64,000 bases of DNA from Candidatus Kerfeldbacteria bacterium (GCA_963731735.1 CAVSWO010000002.1:270106-334105), one strand, 5' to 3'. Positions 9,146 to 18,261 are shown, counted from the stretch's first letter. A program made the numbers and translations. Notes: a model not told the origin generated them from the sequence alone.

Positions 9146-10954
9146 ATGAGTCCCGAAGCTATCAAAATTCCATCCGCACTGAGTGTCCGCGACTTCGCGG
9201 CCAAGCTTGGTATTCCAGTTACGACGGTCACCGCTGAACTGATTCGTAACGGCATCATGAAGTCGTTGAATGAGGAAATTGATTTTGATACGGCACAGAT
9301 TATCGCCGAAGACCTCGGAAAAAATGTGGCGCTGGACGAGCAGGTGGCGGACGAGAGCGGCACGATGTCCGTCAACGATTATTTGAAAGATGACACGGCC
9401 AACGCCACAATTGAACGACCGCCGGTGGTGGTCGTGATGGGTCACGTCGACCACGGGAAAACGTCGCTGCTGGATGCGATTCGCAAGACCAGCGTCACCG
9501 AAGATGAAGCGGGCGGTATTACGCAGCATATCGGCGCCTACCAAGTTACTGAGCAAGATCGACTCATCACCTTCGTTGATACGCCCGGCCATGAAGCCTT
9601 CACGCAAATGCGCGCCCGCGGCGCGAAAATCGCCGACGTGGCGATTTTAGTCGTGGCTGCCGATGACGGCGTCAAGCCTCAAACCAAAGAAGCCTTACAG
9701 ATTATTCACCAGACCGGTATTCCGTACCTGATCGCCATCACCAAGACTGATAAGGATGAGGCCCAACCGGATCGCGTCAAGAAAGAATTGGCGGAAAATC
9801 AGGTTCAGATTGAGGAATTCGGCGGCAAAACGCCGGTGGTTGCCGTTTCCGCGAAAACGCAAGCCGGCATTCATGAATTGCTTGAATCAATTATCCTGTT
9901 GTCTGATATCAACCGGGAAGCCCTGCTGGTGAATCCGGATCGATCCGCCATCGGTACTATTATTGAATCGCACGTCGACCCAAAACAAGGGCCGGTCGCG
10001 TCCGTGCTTGTCCAGTCCGGTACGCTGCATGTCGGTGACGAAGTGATTGTCGGCCAAGTCTACGGAAAAATCCGTTCGCTCAAAACCGATCGCGGGACTT
10101 CGACAAAGTCTGCTCCGCCTTCGATGCCGGTCCAAATTCTTGGGCTCAAGGCCGCGCCGCAAGTTGGTGATGTCCTGCGCGTCTCGGCGGCCGACGTCAA
10201 GGAACTCAAGAAGAAAAGTAAGTCACGCCAAATGAGCCACCACTTACAGTCAGTGGTCGGCCAACGGGCGGTGGCCACGAAGAAAAAAACTACTGATGAC
10301 GGCCAGGAAGAAACGCCGGAAATTAAGAAGCACCTGATAATTCTGAAGACCGATACGGTTGGTTCGGCCGAAGCCATCATTGAATCACTCAAAAAAATTC
10401 AACACCCGGAAGTGTCGGTTGAAATCATGCAGCGCGGTCTTGGGATCGTAACGGAATCCGATGTCCTCCGAGCCGAGGGCGCCAAGGCCACCATTTACGC
10501 CTTCCATGTTCCGATTTCTCCCAAAGCCGATCACTTGGCCCGCAGTAAGAATTTGACCATCAAGCCGTTCACGGTTATCTACGACTTATTGGATGACATT
10601 AAGCAGGCTTTGAACACCTTGTTACCGCCGGTCACAGTCCAAACCGAAATTGGCCGATTGCAGGTCCTGGCCATTTTCCGGAATGAAAATACTTTTCAGG
10701 TGGTGGGCGGTAAGGTTACGAGCGGGGAAATTCGTTTGCAATCCAACGTCCAAATCCTTCGGAAAGGACAACCCGTCAGCACCGGCAGAATTACGCAACT
10801 GCAGCAGAACAAGCAGAACGCGCAAACGGTCAGCCAGGGCAACGAGTGCGGGATGAAAATTGAAGGTGACCCGGTCATCCAGGTTGGCGATGAAGTCGTG
10901 GCCAGCGTCAGTCAAACACACGAACGCACAATAGACGACCCTGTCAGTGAGTGA
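9146..10954 (+). CDS. infB: translation initiation factor IF-2
   Basis: G-domain motifs [17 protein letters not shown] and TKTD, plus IF-2 C-terminal domains. It is compact and lacks a long N-terminal extension. Confidence 0.9.
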   Translation: MSPEAIKIPSALSVRDFAAKLGIPVTTVTAELIRNGIMKSLNEEIDFDTAQIIAEDLGKNVALDEQVADESGTMSVNDYLKDDTANATIERPPVVVVMGHVDHGKTSLLDAIRKTSVTEDEAGGITQHIGAYQVTEQDRLITFVDTPGHEAFTQMRARGAKIADVAILVVAADDGVKPQTKEALQIIHQTGIPYLIAITKTDKDEAQPDRVKKELAENQVQIEEFGGKTPVVAVSAKTQAGIHELLESIILLSDINREALLVNPDRSAIGTIIESHVDPKQGPVASVLVQSGTLHVGDEVIVGQVYGKIRSLKTDRGTSTKSAPPSMPVQILGLKAAPQVGDVLRVSAADVKELKKKSKSRQMSHHLQSVVGQRAVATKKKTTDDGQEETPEIKKHLIILKTDTVGSAEAIIESLKKIQHPEVSVEIMQRGLGIVTESDVLRAEGAKATIYAFHVPISPKADHLARSKNLTIKPFTVIYDLLDDIKQALNTLLPPVTVQTEIGRLQVLAIFRNENTFQVVGGKVTSGEIRLQSNVQILRKGQPVSTGRITQLQQNKQNAQTVSQGNECGMKIEGDPVIQVGDEVVASVSQTHERTIDDPVSE

Positions 10955-11297
10955 ACGGCTCGAAAAACTGAACAGTTTGGTCCAACGCGAAGTGGCGGAA
11001 ATTCTCCGACGCGAACTTGAGTTTGATCGCGATACAATGGTAACGGTCGCCCGAGCGGCCGTGGCGACCGACGCCGAAAGCGCCAAGGTCTGGATTTCGG
11101 TCTTGCCCAGCGATGCCGGAGAGGCGGCCCTGGCTAAAATAAACGGACATATCGGCCAGATCCAGAGCCTGCTCAACCGCCGACTGGTAATGAAATTTGT
11201 GCCAAAACTGACTTTTTTCCTCGATCATCAACAAACTAAGGCCGAGCACGTTAGCCAAGTTCTGGATCAACTAACTGACGAAGATCTCGGGAATTAA
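10947..11297 (+). CDS. rbfA: ribosome-binding factor A
   Basis: RbfA KH-like fold sequence (RLEKLNSLVQREVAEIL...MVTVARAAVATDAESAKVWIS). infB-rbfA synteny. Confidence 0.85.
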   Translation: MSERLEKLNSLVQREVAEILRRELEFDRDTMVTVARAAVATDAESAKVWISVLPSDAGEAALAKINGHIGQIQSLLNRRLVMKFVPKLTFFLDHQQTKAEHVSQVLDQLTDEDLGN

Positions 11298-11304
11298 TTG
11301 AGGT

Positions 11305-12126
11305 TTACAGCGGACTCCGAATGCTTTGGAGTTTCGGATTCGTCACTCGTGTGTACCGCTGGGTAGTCCGAATATTGTTATGTCCGAGCAGAACCTGCAC
11401 ATAGCGGATATCCACGCCGTTTTCGAGCAGGTGCGTCGCAAAGCTGTGTCGCAAGCTATGGAACGTGGCCGGTTTTTTGATATCCGCTTTGGCCAAGGCA
11501 TGTTCAAAAACTTTCTGGGCGGTTCGGGTCGTGAGCCTTCCACCCCAATCGCTGTGAAAAATAAAGTCTCCCTTATCTTTGCCGGAGACAAAACGCTTGA
11601 GCGCATCAATAAATTTATCAGGTAAAACACTGATCCGATCTTTTCGCCCTTTCGCCTGTTTCAGATGAATCGTTTTTTCGGCAAAATCCAGGTCTTGGAC
11701 TTTGAGGTTCACGACTTCGCTCACTCGTAATCCCGCGCCGTAGGCCAAGGCCAGGAGTAATTGGTGCTTCTGATTCTTGGTCTCGTCAAGCATTCGTCCA
11801 ATCTCTTCGCGCGATAAAACTATCGGCAGGCGCTGGCCACGCTTGGCGGTCTTTATTTCAAGCCGTGCCTCGTCCCGCACCACCTGGCGATAATAAAACT
11901 TTAGAGCACTTAAGCACAGATTCCGTGTTTGTGCCGACACGCCTTGCTGTTCCAACGACGCTAAAAATCGCCTGATCGTTTCCTCATTGATTGTGTCCGC
12001 ACGATTAGACACAAAAACGAAATACTCTCTTAAGAAGTGTAGGTAGATTTTCACGGTGCGGGGACTGTAGTTGCGTATACGAAGTTCGATCCCAGCCCGC
12101 TCCAATTCTGTTGTAATATTAAACAA
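11305..12126 (-). CDS. integron-integrase-like tyrosine recombinase (short, 273 aa)
   Basis: Catalytic residues are in LRVSE, HSLRHSFATHLL, LLGH and RYTRV. The N-terminal SAM-like domain is IntI-like (YSPRTVKIYLHFLREYFVF...FYYRQVV) and the C-terminal IRSPL is IntI-like. The gene is divergently placed next to the attI and cassette array. It lacks the roughly 35-aa IntI additional domain. Confidence 0.8.
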   Translation of the reverse strand: MFNITTELERAGIELRIRNYSPRTVKIYLHFLREYFVFVSNRADTINEETIRRFLASLEQQGVSAQTRNLCLSALKFYYRQVVRDEARLEIKTAKRGQRLPIVLSREEIGRMLDETKNQKHQLLLALAYGAGLRVSEVVNLKVQDLDFAEKTIHLKQAKGRKDRISVLPDKFIDALKRFVSGKDKGDFIFHSDWGGRLTTRTAQKVFEHALAKADIKKPATFHSLRHSFATHLLENGVDIRYVQVLLGHNNIRTTQRYTRVTNPKLQSIRSPL

Positions 12127-12200
12127 AACGGTGGCCCCTTTCCGCCACCAGCACTGTCTAATCCCAAACTAGCAAAAAGTCTTAAAATGAGCAATACTGG

Positions 12201-12241
12201 GGTTATTATCCGAACCAAGTTCGCATAATAACCAGTTGTAC
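12201..12241 (+). other. attI recombination site: palindrome GGTTATTATCCGAAC-CAA-GTTCGCATAATAACC followed by crossover core GTTGTAC
   Basis: The core GTTGTAC (12235-12241) is the exact complement of the first attC inverse core GTACAAC (12781-12787). It lies 75-115 bp upstream of the intI start. The same 52-bp sequence recurs at 52136-52187. Confidence 0.7.
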
Positions 12242-12334
12242 GAAAATTTGCCTCCCTATGTTGTAAGAAAAGCTAGGTCCGAGAGTATCGCTACTCCCGG
12301 ACCCATGTTATCGGAGATGATTCCTTGGAGCGCC

Positions 12335-12638
12335 CTAGACGAGAAGCTCGCTGGCCTGATCGCGGATCGTGTCCTCGATCTGACCCTTGAACATGCCCGC
12401 CAGCCAGGGGAGCTTGCCCGTGACAGTGACTTCTCGGTCACTCACGGTCAGCTGCCCCGAGACATCGAAGCCCATGGTACTGAAGCTGAACCTGGCACCG
12501 TTGTCATGCCAGCGCCTCCTCGAGGTTGCTGACCTGGTCACCATGGTCACGCTTGACGTTCGTCAGGAGCGTGCGAACTCGCTTGAGCGCTTCGGGCTTG
12601 CCGAGCCGATGAGGAATGGACACGCGAATGTCTGGCAT
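12335..12638 (-). pseudogene. cassette 1: PHA-granule-region/polyhydroxyalkanoic acid system family protein, frameshifted, inverted relative to the array
   Basis: MPDIRVSIPHRLGKPEALKRVRTLLTNVKRDHGDQVSNLEEA then a 1-nt insertion (gcgCtggcat) shifts the frame into WHDNGARFSFSTMGFDVSGQLTV...LPWLAGMFKGQIEDTIRDQASELLV. There is a GGAGG RBS 7 nt upstream. Family recognition is from memory of PF09650-like sequences. Confidence 0.55.
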
Positions 12639-12780
12639 CGCTCTACCTCCGAAAGGAGCAGTCAATTCACCATGAATTGACAAAGCAGGATAGCATAAGG
12701 ATTAGTTCGTGTCAAGAATGTCGGGTAACATGGAGACAACCACGCTTTTCTTTTACATATGCGGCGGTCGGCAAATCATC

Positions 12781-12913
12781 GTACAACAGCGCGTAGGCGG
12801 CTCGGGTTTCTGTGGCCGCCCGAAGGCCATCCCCTAGAAACCGCTCGCCTAAGTTCGCCGGTGATGGTACGATTGTATCACCGACGAACTTCGCCTACGC
12901 GCAATCGTTGTGT
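12781..12913 (+). repeat. attC site a (133 bp; R'' GTACAAC ... R' GTTGTGT)
   Basis: Imperfect palindrome with AAC-AGCGCGTAGGCG ... CGCCTACGCGCAATC-GTT. The central region holds two internal hairpins. Confidence 0.8.
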
Positions 12914-12965
12914 GAAATTTTTCCCGGGGCTACGGTATAGAATGATGCACTAAAGACCACCGTCA

Positions 12966-13922
12966 ATGAATACAATTTTAGACAGCGTTAAAGCGGTTAT
13001 TGTTAAATCAAAACACGTTAGAATAAATAAGGAGAGCCTCAAAGAGTTTTGTTTACAATTCAATGTAAACAAGAGCGTTCACTGGATGAATGGGTCTCCT
13101 TATAATTACTCAAAACTAGATGATCTGAAAAAACTGAATTATCTTTTTGTTTTCAATTCTATCAATTTCTGCTATTGGGGTACTCCAAAATGGACTGTAG
13201 AAAACAAGGGGAACAAATACGATGGTGCCTGGGCAATGATGGCGTCTTTAGGTAAAGCAATAGATGATAACATTCCCATTTTAGATGCGAAGTATCTTTC
13301 TACTTTAAGCGGAGACATTTTATCGAGAATTTTGCAGGGAAATGTTGCAATTCCCTTGTTCAAAGAGCGTCTACAAATACTGCATGAAAATGGAAATATA
13401 CTTGCAGAAAAATATAACGGGCAATTTTCGAAGTTATTACAAAAATCAAATCAAGACGCTTTACATATTTTAGAAATAATTACCACTGAATTCCCATCAT
13501 TTGATGATAGTGCGGAGTATGAAGGCCAAAAAGTGATGTTTCACAAGAGAGCTCAATTATTAATTGCTGATGTCTATAGAGCTTTTAACGGCAATGGATT
13601 CGGTGATATAAAGAACATTAACAATCTTTCTGCATTTGCCGATTACAAAATTCCACAAATCCTTAGAAAGCTAGGAGTTTTAGAATATACACCAGAATTA
13701 TCAGCAAAAATTGATAACAAGGTTCAAATTTCCCAAGGTAGCGATGAAGAGATTGAAATTCGCTCAAACATGATTTGGGCAGTTGAATTGATGAAAGAAG
13801 AATTGAAAACAAAAACTCCAAATATTACATCAATGGAAATTGATTCATATCTTTGGCTGTTAGGGCAAGACAAATCTCCTGATGATAAACCCTATCATTT
13901 AACTGAAACTATCTTTTATTAG
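12966..13922 (+). CDS. cassette 2: DUF2419/queuosine-salvage (Qng1-like) family protein
   Basis: 318 aa and AT-rich. It carries a HKRAQLLIADV motif and overall resembles the Q-salvage family from memory. It is bounded by attC a and attC b. Confidence 0.45.
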   Translation: MNTILDSVKAVIVKSKHVRINKESLKEFCLQFNVNKSVHWMNGSPYNYSKLDDLKKLNYLFVFNSINFCYWGTPKWTVENKGNKYDGAWAMMASLGKAIDDNIPILDAKYLSTLSGDILSRILQGNVAIPLFKERLQILHENGNILAEKYNGQFSKLLQKSNQDALHILEIITTEFPSFDDSAEYEGQKVMFHKRAQLLIADVYRAFNGNGFGDIKNINNLSAFADYKIPQILRKLGVLEYTPELSAKIDNKVQISQGSDEEIEIRSNMIWAVELMKEELKTKTPNITSMEIDSYLWLLGQDKSPDDKPYHLTETIFY

Positions 13923-13941
13923 TGGCCCCGAGAAAAACTAC

Positions 13942-13998
13942 ACACAACAGCGCGTATACGATATGCTTCGCACGATCGTATACGCACAAACGTTAGGC
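13942..13998 (+). repeat. attC site b (minimal, 57 bp; R'' ACACAAC ... R' GTTAGGC)
   Basis: ACACAAC-AGCGCG-TATACGAT-[12-nt loop]-ATCGTATAC-GCACAAAC-GTTAGGC. R'' is the reverse complement of the preceding R' GTTGTGT. Confidence 0.8.
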
Positions 13999-14030
13999 GC
14001 AACTGCCTATTAATTACTAAGGAAAAAACT

Positions 14031-14267
14031 ATGGCTAAACAATACGTTTGTACTAATTGTGGTTATACAGGAGCTCCAAAAAAGATTACCAAGGGAAGCA
14101 TTCTAATCGAGATTATCCTTTGGTTATTTTTGATAGTACCTGGGCTTATCTATTCTATCTGGAGATTAACCACAAAGTACGATGCTTGTCCCAAGTGCAA
14201 GAATCCAACAATGATCCCGGTTGATTCCCCAAAGGGACAAAAGTTAGTCGAGGAACACAAACAATAG
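14031..14267 (+). CDS. cassette 3: small membrane zinc-ribbon protein (CxxC...CxxC, 78 aa)
   Basis: CTNCGY and CPKC pairs flank a TM helix. It lies between attC b and attC c. Confidence 0.5.
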   Translation: MAKQYVCTNCGYTGAPKKITKGSILIEIILWLFLIVPGLIYSIWRLTTKYDACPKCKNPTMIPVDSPKGQKLVEEHKQ

Positions 14268-14276
14268 GCAGCAGCG

Positions 14277-14612
14277 CCTAACAGCGCGTATCTGAAATTA
14301 CCACCATGGAACTAAGTGATTTCATCAAACAGAGTGTTAGGGAAGTTATGAAAGGAATGTCGGAAGCCCAAACTAACACTCATAAGTTTGGGATTAACAA
14401 TGACAACGGAAATGGCATTGAGTTTGATATTGCCGTGACATCCGAGACATCAAAAACTGGTGGCGGCAAGGTATCTATATTAAAAGTAGTCGACATTGAT
14501 GGGAACATTAAGAAATCTGAGTCTCGGATTCATAGAATAAAATTCACACTTATCCCAAGAGGAAAAAGAAACCCAACAAGTTAATAACTTCAGATACGCG
14601 CAAACGTTGTAT
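14277..14612 (+). repeat. attC site c, 336 bp, enclosing a complete ORF (R'' GCCTAAC ... R' GTTGTAT)
   Basis: The L arms GTATCTGAA (14289-14297) and TTCAGATAC (14589-14597) are exact complements. They flank the ORF 14306-14584. R'' GCCTAAC is the reverse complement of attC b R' GTTAGGC. Confidence 0.7.
14306..14584 (+). CDS. hypothetical protein (92 aa) encoded inside the attC c palindrome
   Basis: AT-rich ORF that fills the loop between the paired L arms. The stop TAA abuts the 3' arm. Confidence 0.45.
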   Translation: MELSDFIKQSVREVMKGMSEAQTNTHKFGINNDNGNGIEFDIAVTSETSKTGGGKVSILKVVDIDGNIKKSESRIHRIKFTLIPRGKRNPTS

Positions 14613-14683
14613 GAAATATACTTTTCCTTTCCGCCTGACGGCTATCGCTTTTCCTACATGAGCAAATTTGATTTCGCCTAGAC

Positions 14684-15667
14684 ATGTCCATGCTACCAAA
14701 ATTTATACTATTCGGAACTGGAAATCCTGAAATCGAGGCGTCGATTCAGCCTGTACTTGGCCTTCGAGGATGGTCAAGTCTAAGTTCGAACGAAAAAGAA
14801 ATTGTTCGCCAACAGCTTGAAAATAGTGGTTGGCTTGGTGAATATTCTAGAGAAATTTTTCACACCATAGAACACCTAAATCATAAGTATTTACGGCTAC
14901 TGCCAGGTAAGCATCTTCACGCGATTGCGCCTAAAATTGATTATGGTCGTGGGTTTGGAAGCGGTGATGAATACGAAAGGATAAAAGCTGCTCTGATTGA
15001 TTTCCAACACATATTAGTACAAGAAAGGTCCGAGTCAGTTGTGTACTATATGCTTTCTTATTTTGCGAGTTTACACATTGACAATAATTACTATCAATGG
15101 GCGAAGCAAGCAAAAACCGCGAAAGAAAGGCGAGACAATCTGCAGAAAGCATTTGAAAAATTTGGCAGGCTTGCAAATTGTTTAAATCACATATTTGAAC
15201 AATTCTCAGTGAATGTAACCCTGACGAGAAATGGTCTTGTGCCAAGACAAGACGAAAAGATTACTGAGCTAATTTATGTGCCAACTTTGCAGATTCTTGC
15301 CGATCCCAAATGGGAAAATGTTAGTAAAGATTTAGGGGACATGTTTTCAGCCTATCGGGACGAGAATTACCCTGAAACAATTACTGCTGCCCATAGAGCA
15401 GTGCAACGCTTTTTGCAAATATTAGTTGGTGAAGAGGGTAAAAATGCTAAGGGAGAAGTTGGCAAATTGTTTAGTAAGGCAAAGACGGAAGGACTAATCC
15501 CAGTCAACCGATTTACCGAACCAATTATTTCAACGATCCAGGGGTTCATCGTTTCAGAGCGTTCAACAAAAAGCACAGCGAAACCGACGGTGTCTGATGC
15601 TGGGCCCACGGACGCACTGCTCGTCATGAATGTTGTAATGGTGCTTTTACAACATTGTTTGCAGTAA
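14684..15667 (+). CDS. cassette 5: hypothetical protein (327 aa), possible Abi-like/defence-type protein
   Basis: AT-rich ORF with no firm motif. The C-terminus has a weak resemblance to Abi_C-type abortive infection proteins. Confidence 0.4.
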   Translation: MSMLPKFILFGTGNPEIEASIQPVLGLRGWSSLSSNEKEIVRQQLENSGWLGEYSREIFHTIEHLNHKYLRLLPGKHLHAIAPKIDYGRGFGSGDEYERIKAALIDFQHILVQERSESVVYYMLSYFASLHIDNNYYQWAKQAKTAKERRDNLQKAFEKFGRLANCLNHIFEQFSVNVTLTRNGLVPRQDEKITELIYVPTLQILADPKWENVSKDLGDMFSAYRDENYPETITAAHRAVQRFLQILVGEEGKNAKGEVGKLFSKAKTEGLIPVNRFTEPIISTIQGFIVSERSTKSTAKPTVSDAGPTDALLVMNVVMVLLQHCLQ

Positions 15668-15754
15668 GAATCGCAGTTGATTATCAATATCAAACATCAA
15701 ATTTGCTCATTCAAAAAAGCGTCTGATACAATCAGGAAAGGAAAAGTATAAATC

Positions 15755-16503
15755 ATACAACAGCGGATATGAGACGGAGGAAATCGGGTTTGGTTCTCTC
15801 CAACCAAAACAAAGAACCCCTGTCGCGTTCCGGAGAGGAACTGGGGTTCGTGCGGCGACACGGGGTCGCAATAAGGAGCACGGGTCTCAGTCGCTAGACC
15901 TGCACGGTCTGCAACGTGAGCCGGTGCCGCATGATCACCGCGCGGCGAGAAGGCGGGTCGGTGACACAGAAGATCACCTGGCCGTCTTCCTCGATCACGC
16001 TCTCCAGCTCCATGCCGTTGAGAGGCGCCGGGTAAGACACCCCCGCAGAGATCTGGTAGAGAATGCCAGCCGCCTTCGGCCGCTCGGGGAACGGGAACTT
16101 CCGTTCACCAACTTGCAGGAAGCGGCACTCGAACGTGACCGACCCGGAGTAGTCGGTGACCGACGGGTCATTGATGCCCTTAGGCTTGGTCACGTCGAAG
16201 GTGTGATGCTCTTCCACCACCTTCACGTCGACAGGAAGAGCGGCCCAGTTCTTGAGCGTCTCGATGATCGGGTTCATTTGGTACCTCCCCTGAGTGTGTG
16301 GTCGCGTCAGAAAGCCGTGGTCACACACCAAGAGAAGTACTCCAGTAGAATGAACAACGGAAAAGCATAGCACTGTTACGCCCAAATGTCAATACCAAAA
16401 CCAAACCCGATTTCCTCCGTCCAAATTGCTGCTTCGCCTCGGCGGTGGTAATATTGTACCGCCGGAACGAAGCAGCAACTTCTCATATCCGCAAACGTTG
16501 TCC
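15755..16503 (+). repeat. attC site h, 749 bp, enclosing a reverse-oriented ORF (R'' ATACAAC ... R' GTTGTCC)
   Basis: Arms GGATATGAG/CTCATATCC plus a second perfect 23-bp arm pair ACGGAGGAAATCGGGTTTGGTT / AACCAAACCCGATTTCCTCCGTC flank 15800-16400. R'' is the complement of attC c R' GTTGTAT. Confidence 0.7.
15894..16277 (-). CDS. hypothetical protein (about 127 aa, high GC) inside attC h, opposite orientation
   Basis: ORF starting MNPIIETLKNW with a GGGGAGG RBS 8 nt upstream. There is no recognised domain. Confidence 0.45.
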   Translation of the reverse strand: MNPIIETLKNWAALPVDVKVVEEHHTFDVTKPKGINDPSVTDYSGSVTFECRFLQVGERKFPFPERPKAAGILYQISAGVSYPAPLNGMELESVIEEDGQVIFCVTDPPSRRAVIMRHRLTLQTVQV

Positions 16504-16590
16504 GACATACATTTTTATCCCCTTTCGTTCATTTCCCGCGCGGTTCTTTTGGGAGTATAATTAACTTGTTAACAATAACTAGGATTTTTT

Positions 16591-17352
16591 ATGCATAAAC
16601 GACAAGGTATTATTTGGGCTCCGGTCCTCATCATAATTGCAACGGTTGGGGTTGCTGGAATAGCGACTTACTTTTTAATACGTGCTGGCAATACCAATCC
16701 GTCCGAAAATGGCAACACGAATGTTGCGGTGGTAAATCAGGCGAACAACAACGCTACCGCAAACCTCAACACCAACGACGCTACAAACACGAACCAGGTA
16801 GTGAATAACAATGCCAGCGCGAACACGAATACAACAGTGAATACGAACACGGTGAGCAACACCAATGCCGCAATCGATCCCTATACCGGATGGGAAACAT
16901 TATTGAATGAGCCTTACGACGTGCAGTTCAGGTACCCAAACACCTACTTTGTCTCAAGTAATCATTACGGGGTCACGGACCCAGCCAAAGCCGAAGCGTT
17001 CTTTTTCCGAAAAACATCCACCAACTACAATGGTGTACCGACGCTGGATGTTTCGGCCAACCTTACGTTACCTGCTGGCCAGACCCTCAAACAGCTAGCT
17101 GAATCCATTTATAACAGTAATAAGGATAAAGACTACGTTACAACGGATCTGAGTGAAGTAACGTATGATGGAAATGCTGGTTACGCATTCGGGCTCAAAA
17201 CAGGCTATTCCGATCCGAATGGATATCAAGCACTCGATTCAGTTGGCGGACGAGTCGTAATTCTTCAGCACAACAGCAAAATCTTTCGGTTCTTGCAAAC
17301 AGGCGCTGATGCAACACTTGAAAGCATTCTGAACAGCATAGATTTTCAATAG
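16591..17352 (+). CDS. cassette 7: secreted/membrane-anchored protein with an N/T-rich linker (253 aa)
   Basis: N-terminal TM (IIWAPVLIIIATVGVAGIATYFLI), a low-complexity N/T-rich region, then a globular domain. It is a paralog of 19154-19798. Confidence 0.6.
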   Translation: MHKRQGIIWAPVLIIIATVGVAGIATYFLIRAGNTNPSENGNTNVAVVNQANNNATANLNTNDATNTNQVVNNNASANTNTTVNTNTVSNTNAAIDPYTGWETLLNEPYDVQFRYPNTYFVSSNHYGVTDPAKAEAFFFRKTSTNYNGVPTLDVSANLTLPAGQTLKQLAESIYNSNKDKDYVTTDLSEVTYDGNAGYAFGLKTGYSDPNGYQALDSVGGRVVILQHNSKIFRFLQTGADATLESILNSIDFQ

Positions 17353-17403
17353 CTATTGAGAGCCGCGCGGGAAATTCTCTTTAAGAGATAAAAATGTACG
17401 ATC

Positions 17404-17511
17404 GGACAACAGCGCGCATACGCCATCCTTCTCCCGCTTTGGCGCTACGGCTCCGCCGATATTCTAGCGCCACGCTCATTTCGGACGGCGTATGACGCGC
17501 AAACGTTGTCC
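17404..17511 (+). repeat. attC site d (108 bp; R'' GGACAAC ... R' GTTGTCC)
   Basis: GGACAAC-AGCGCG-CATACGCC ... GGCGTATGACGCGCAAAC-GTTGTCC. R'' complements attC h R'. Confidence 0.8.
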
Positions 17512-17583
17512 GACATATATTTTTTGGAAATTTCCCGCGCGGCTCTTTGGGAGTATAATGGGAGTGTTTAATTATCACGGAAT

Positions 17584-18234
17584 ATGACAACACGCAAACG
17601 ACTGTTTTTGATCACTATCGGTACCATCTTGCTTGTTATTGTCGTTTGGGTAGCGCTTCCGTTCAATTGGGCAATCATGACGACAAGCAAGGTTACCGCA
17701 CCGGCCGGGGGCGATTTTACGCTATCTATGGTGACTCATGCGGATCAGAAAGAGTCGGACTGCATGCGAACAAAAAGCATCCGAATTGCCACTGATTCAG
17801 TGGAGGGTCAAATAATTAAAGTTTACAACACCAATTGGGATGTAATAGTTCAAGACTTGATACTTCCTACATTTGGGTCTCCAATCGAACGAATAACCCA
17901 GGTCAAACAAGAAATGTCGCAGAGAGCCGTCGGGATCATATCATACGACTCTTGGAATTATATTTCATCGATTTGGGACGGAGACACGCCCCAGCGTCTC
18001 GGCGATAGCTGGCTTGAGCCAATTACTGGTTTTACATGTTGGGTTGGCCAAGCGTCAGATCTCGCGTGGCTAAAACTTCCAAGCCGCCTAGACTCGTATT
18101 GGGAAGTATTTCCGTCTACCCCTCCCGGCACATACAAACTAACCGTGACGGATCCTTTTGGAAAACCTCATGCTCTTTCACTCACGGTCACGAAGCCAAT
18201 TTCTGATAATGACTACAAATGGTCAATAAAATAG
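17584..18234 (+). CDS. cassette 8: membrane-anchored hypothetical protein (216 aa)
   Basis: N-terminal TM followed by a globular region. There is no motif. Confidence 0.5.
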   Translation: MTTRKRLFLITIGTILLVIVVWVALPFNWAIMTTSKVTAPAGGDFTLSMVTHADQKESDCMRTKSIRIATDSVEGQIIKVYNTNWDVIVQDLILPTFGSPIERITQVKQEMSQRAVGIISYDSWNYISSIWDGDTPQRLGDSWLEPITGFTCWVGQASDLAWLKLPSRLDSYWEVFPSTPPGTYKLTVTDPFGKPHALSLTVTKPISDNDYKWSIK

Positions 18235-18261
18235 TTGCGCAGGAAGTTTTTTTGAACTACC

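Noticed and set aside
12236-12680. Plus-strand ORFs 12236-12532 and 12387-12680 as the first cassette gene.
   Set aside because: 12236-12532 starts across the attI crossover. The minus-strand frameshifted PHA-family gene, which has an RBS and a recognisable family pattern, explains the region better.
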